From contig OZ316892.1 of NCBI GenBank assembly GCA_973895155.1, forward strand, positions 7,795,251 to 7,859,250: a stretch of DNA of 64,000 bases, given 5' to 3'. The notes below the pieces were generated by a model that did not search any database, was not told where the DNA came from, and was given only the letters and a program-made list of their open reading frames with translations. This stretch comes from Marsupella aquatica (Eukaryota > Plantae > Marchantiophyta). Within the stretch, counting starts at the first letter, position 1. Every line of letters starts with the position of its first letter. Below, in pieces: positions 63,440 to 64,000 of this stretch. A program made the translations under genes and the position numbers.

Positions 63440-64000
63440 TAGATGTGACTATTCTAGATGTGACAATGCTTACGTTTTCTCCCCAAGAGTTGGTTCATTG
63501 GGATGTGACAATGCTGAGTTGCACGTTTCTCCCCATTAAAGAGAAGGTTCTCAATGTTCAATGCAACGGTGCTCAATTGCATGTTTTCTCCTCGGGAGAT
63601 GGTTCACTGGATGTGACGGTGCTCAGTTACTGTTTTCTCCCTATGAGTGAGTGAGCTCACCAGATGCAACGGTAGTCAATTGCTCCCCGGCCTACAGTTC
63701 ACTAGATGCAAGGGTGTTCAGTTGCACTTTTTCTCCCTATGAGATACTACACCGGGATGCGACAGTGCTAAATTGCACATCTTCCCCCCAAGCGACGGTG
63801 TATAGAGACTCTTCATTAGGTGCGACGGTGCTCCGTTGCATGTGGTCTCTCCAAGGCAGGTTCACAAATGCGACGGTGCTCAGTTGCATGTTTTTGCCCC
63901 TCGAGACGGTTCACTGGATGGGACGGTGCTCAGTTGTCTCCCCTAGAGACTGTGCAAGAGACGGTTCACTGGATCCGACGGTGCTCAGTCGGACCTTTTC
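63440..64000 (+). repeat. ~50-60 bp satellite-like array running off the window end
   Basis: About 10 diverged units of GGTTCACTGGATG(C/T)GACGGTGCTCAGTTGCA(T/C)GTTTTCTCCC. Confidence 0.9.

Overview
Eukaryotic, intron-rich land-plant genomic DNA. Long leaders, many short GT-AG introns and the gene content suggest a seed-free lineage such as a bryophyte, but that is inference. Six spliced protein genes can be assembled by eye: an unidentified coiled-coil protein (+, ~2978-8357), a plastid-type HAD hydrolase (-, 12300-9175), a BAHD acyltransferase (+, 13896-15378), a PME31-type pectin methylesterase (+, 20066-22691), a GT64 GINT1-type glycosyltransferase (-, 28569-25350) and a plastid-type multi-pass membrane protein (-, 41583-38763). 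The most striking structure is a ~1.75 kb inverted duplication of the whole HAD/BAHD bidirectional promoter, including both start codons. It brackets the BAHD gene, has a patchwork junction, and points the HAD-facing promoter end at the PME gene. A second 5' segment is shared between the GT64 and membrane-protein loci. The rest is a transposon landscape with several insertions resolved by their TSDs: a 5'-truncated LINE, a TIR/MITE family (2 members), a 2.46 kb solo-LTR-like element, and one long retroelement accessory ORF split by nested insertions. There are also two Helitron-like 3' ends, a Copia RNase H remnant and many local tandem duplications. No rRNA, tRNA or CRISPR features were recognised. 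All alignments were done by eye.
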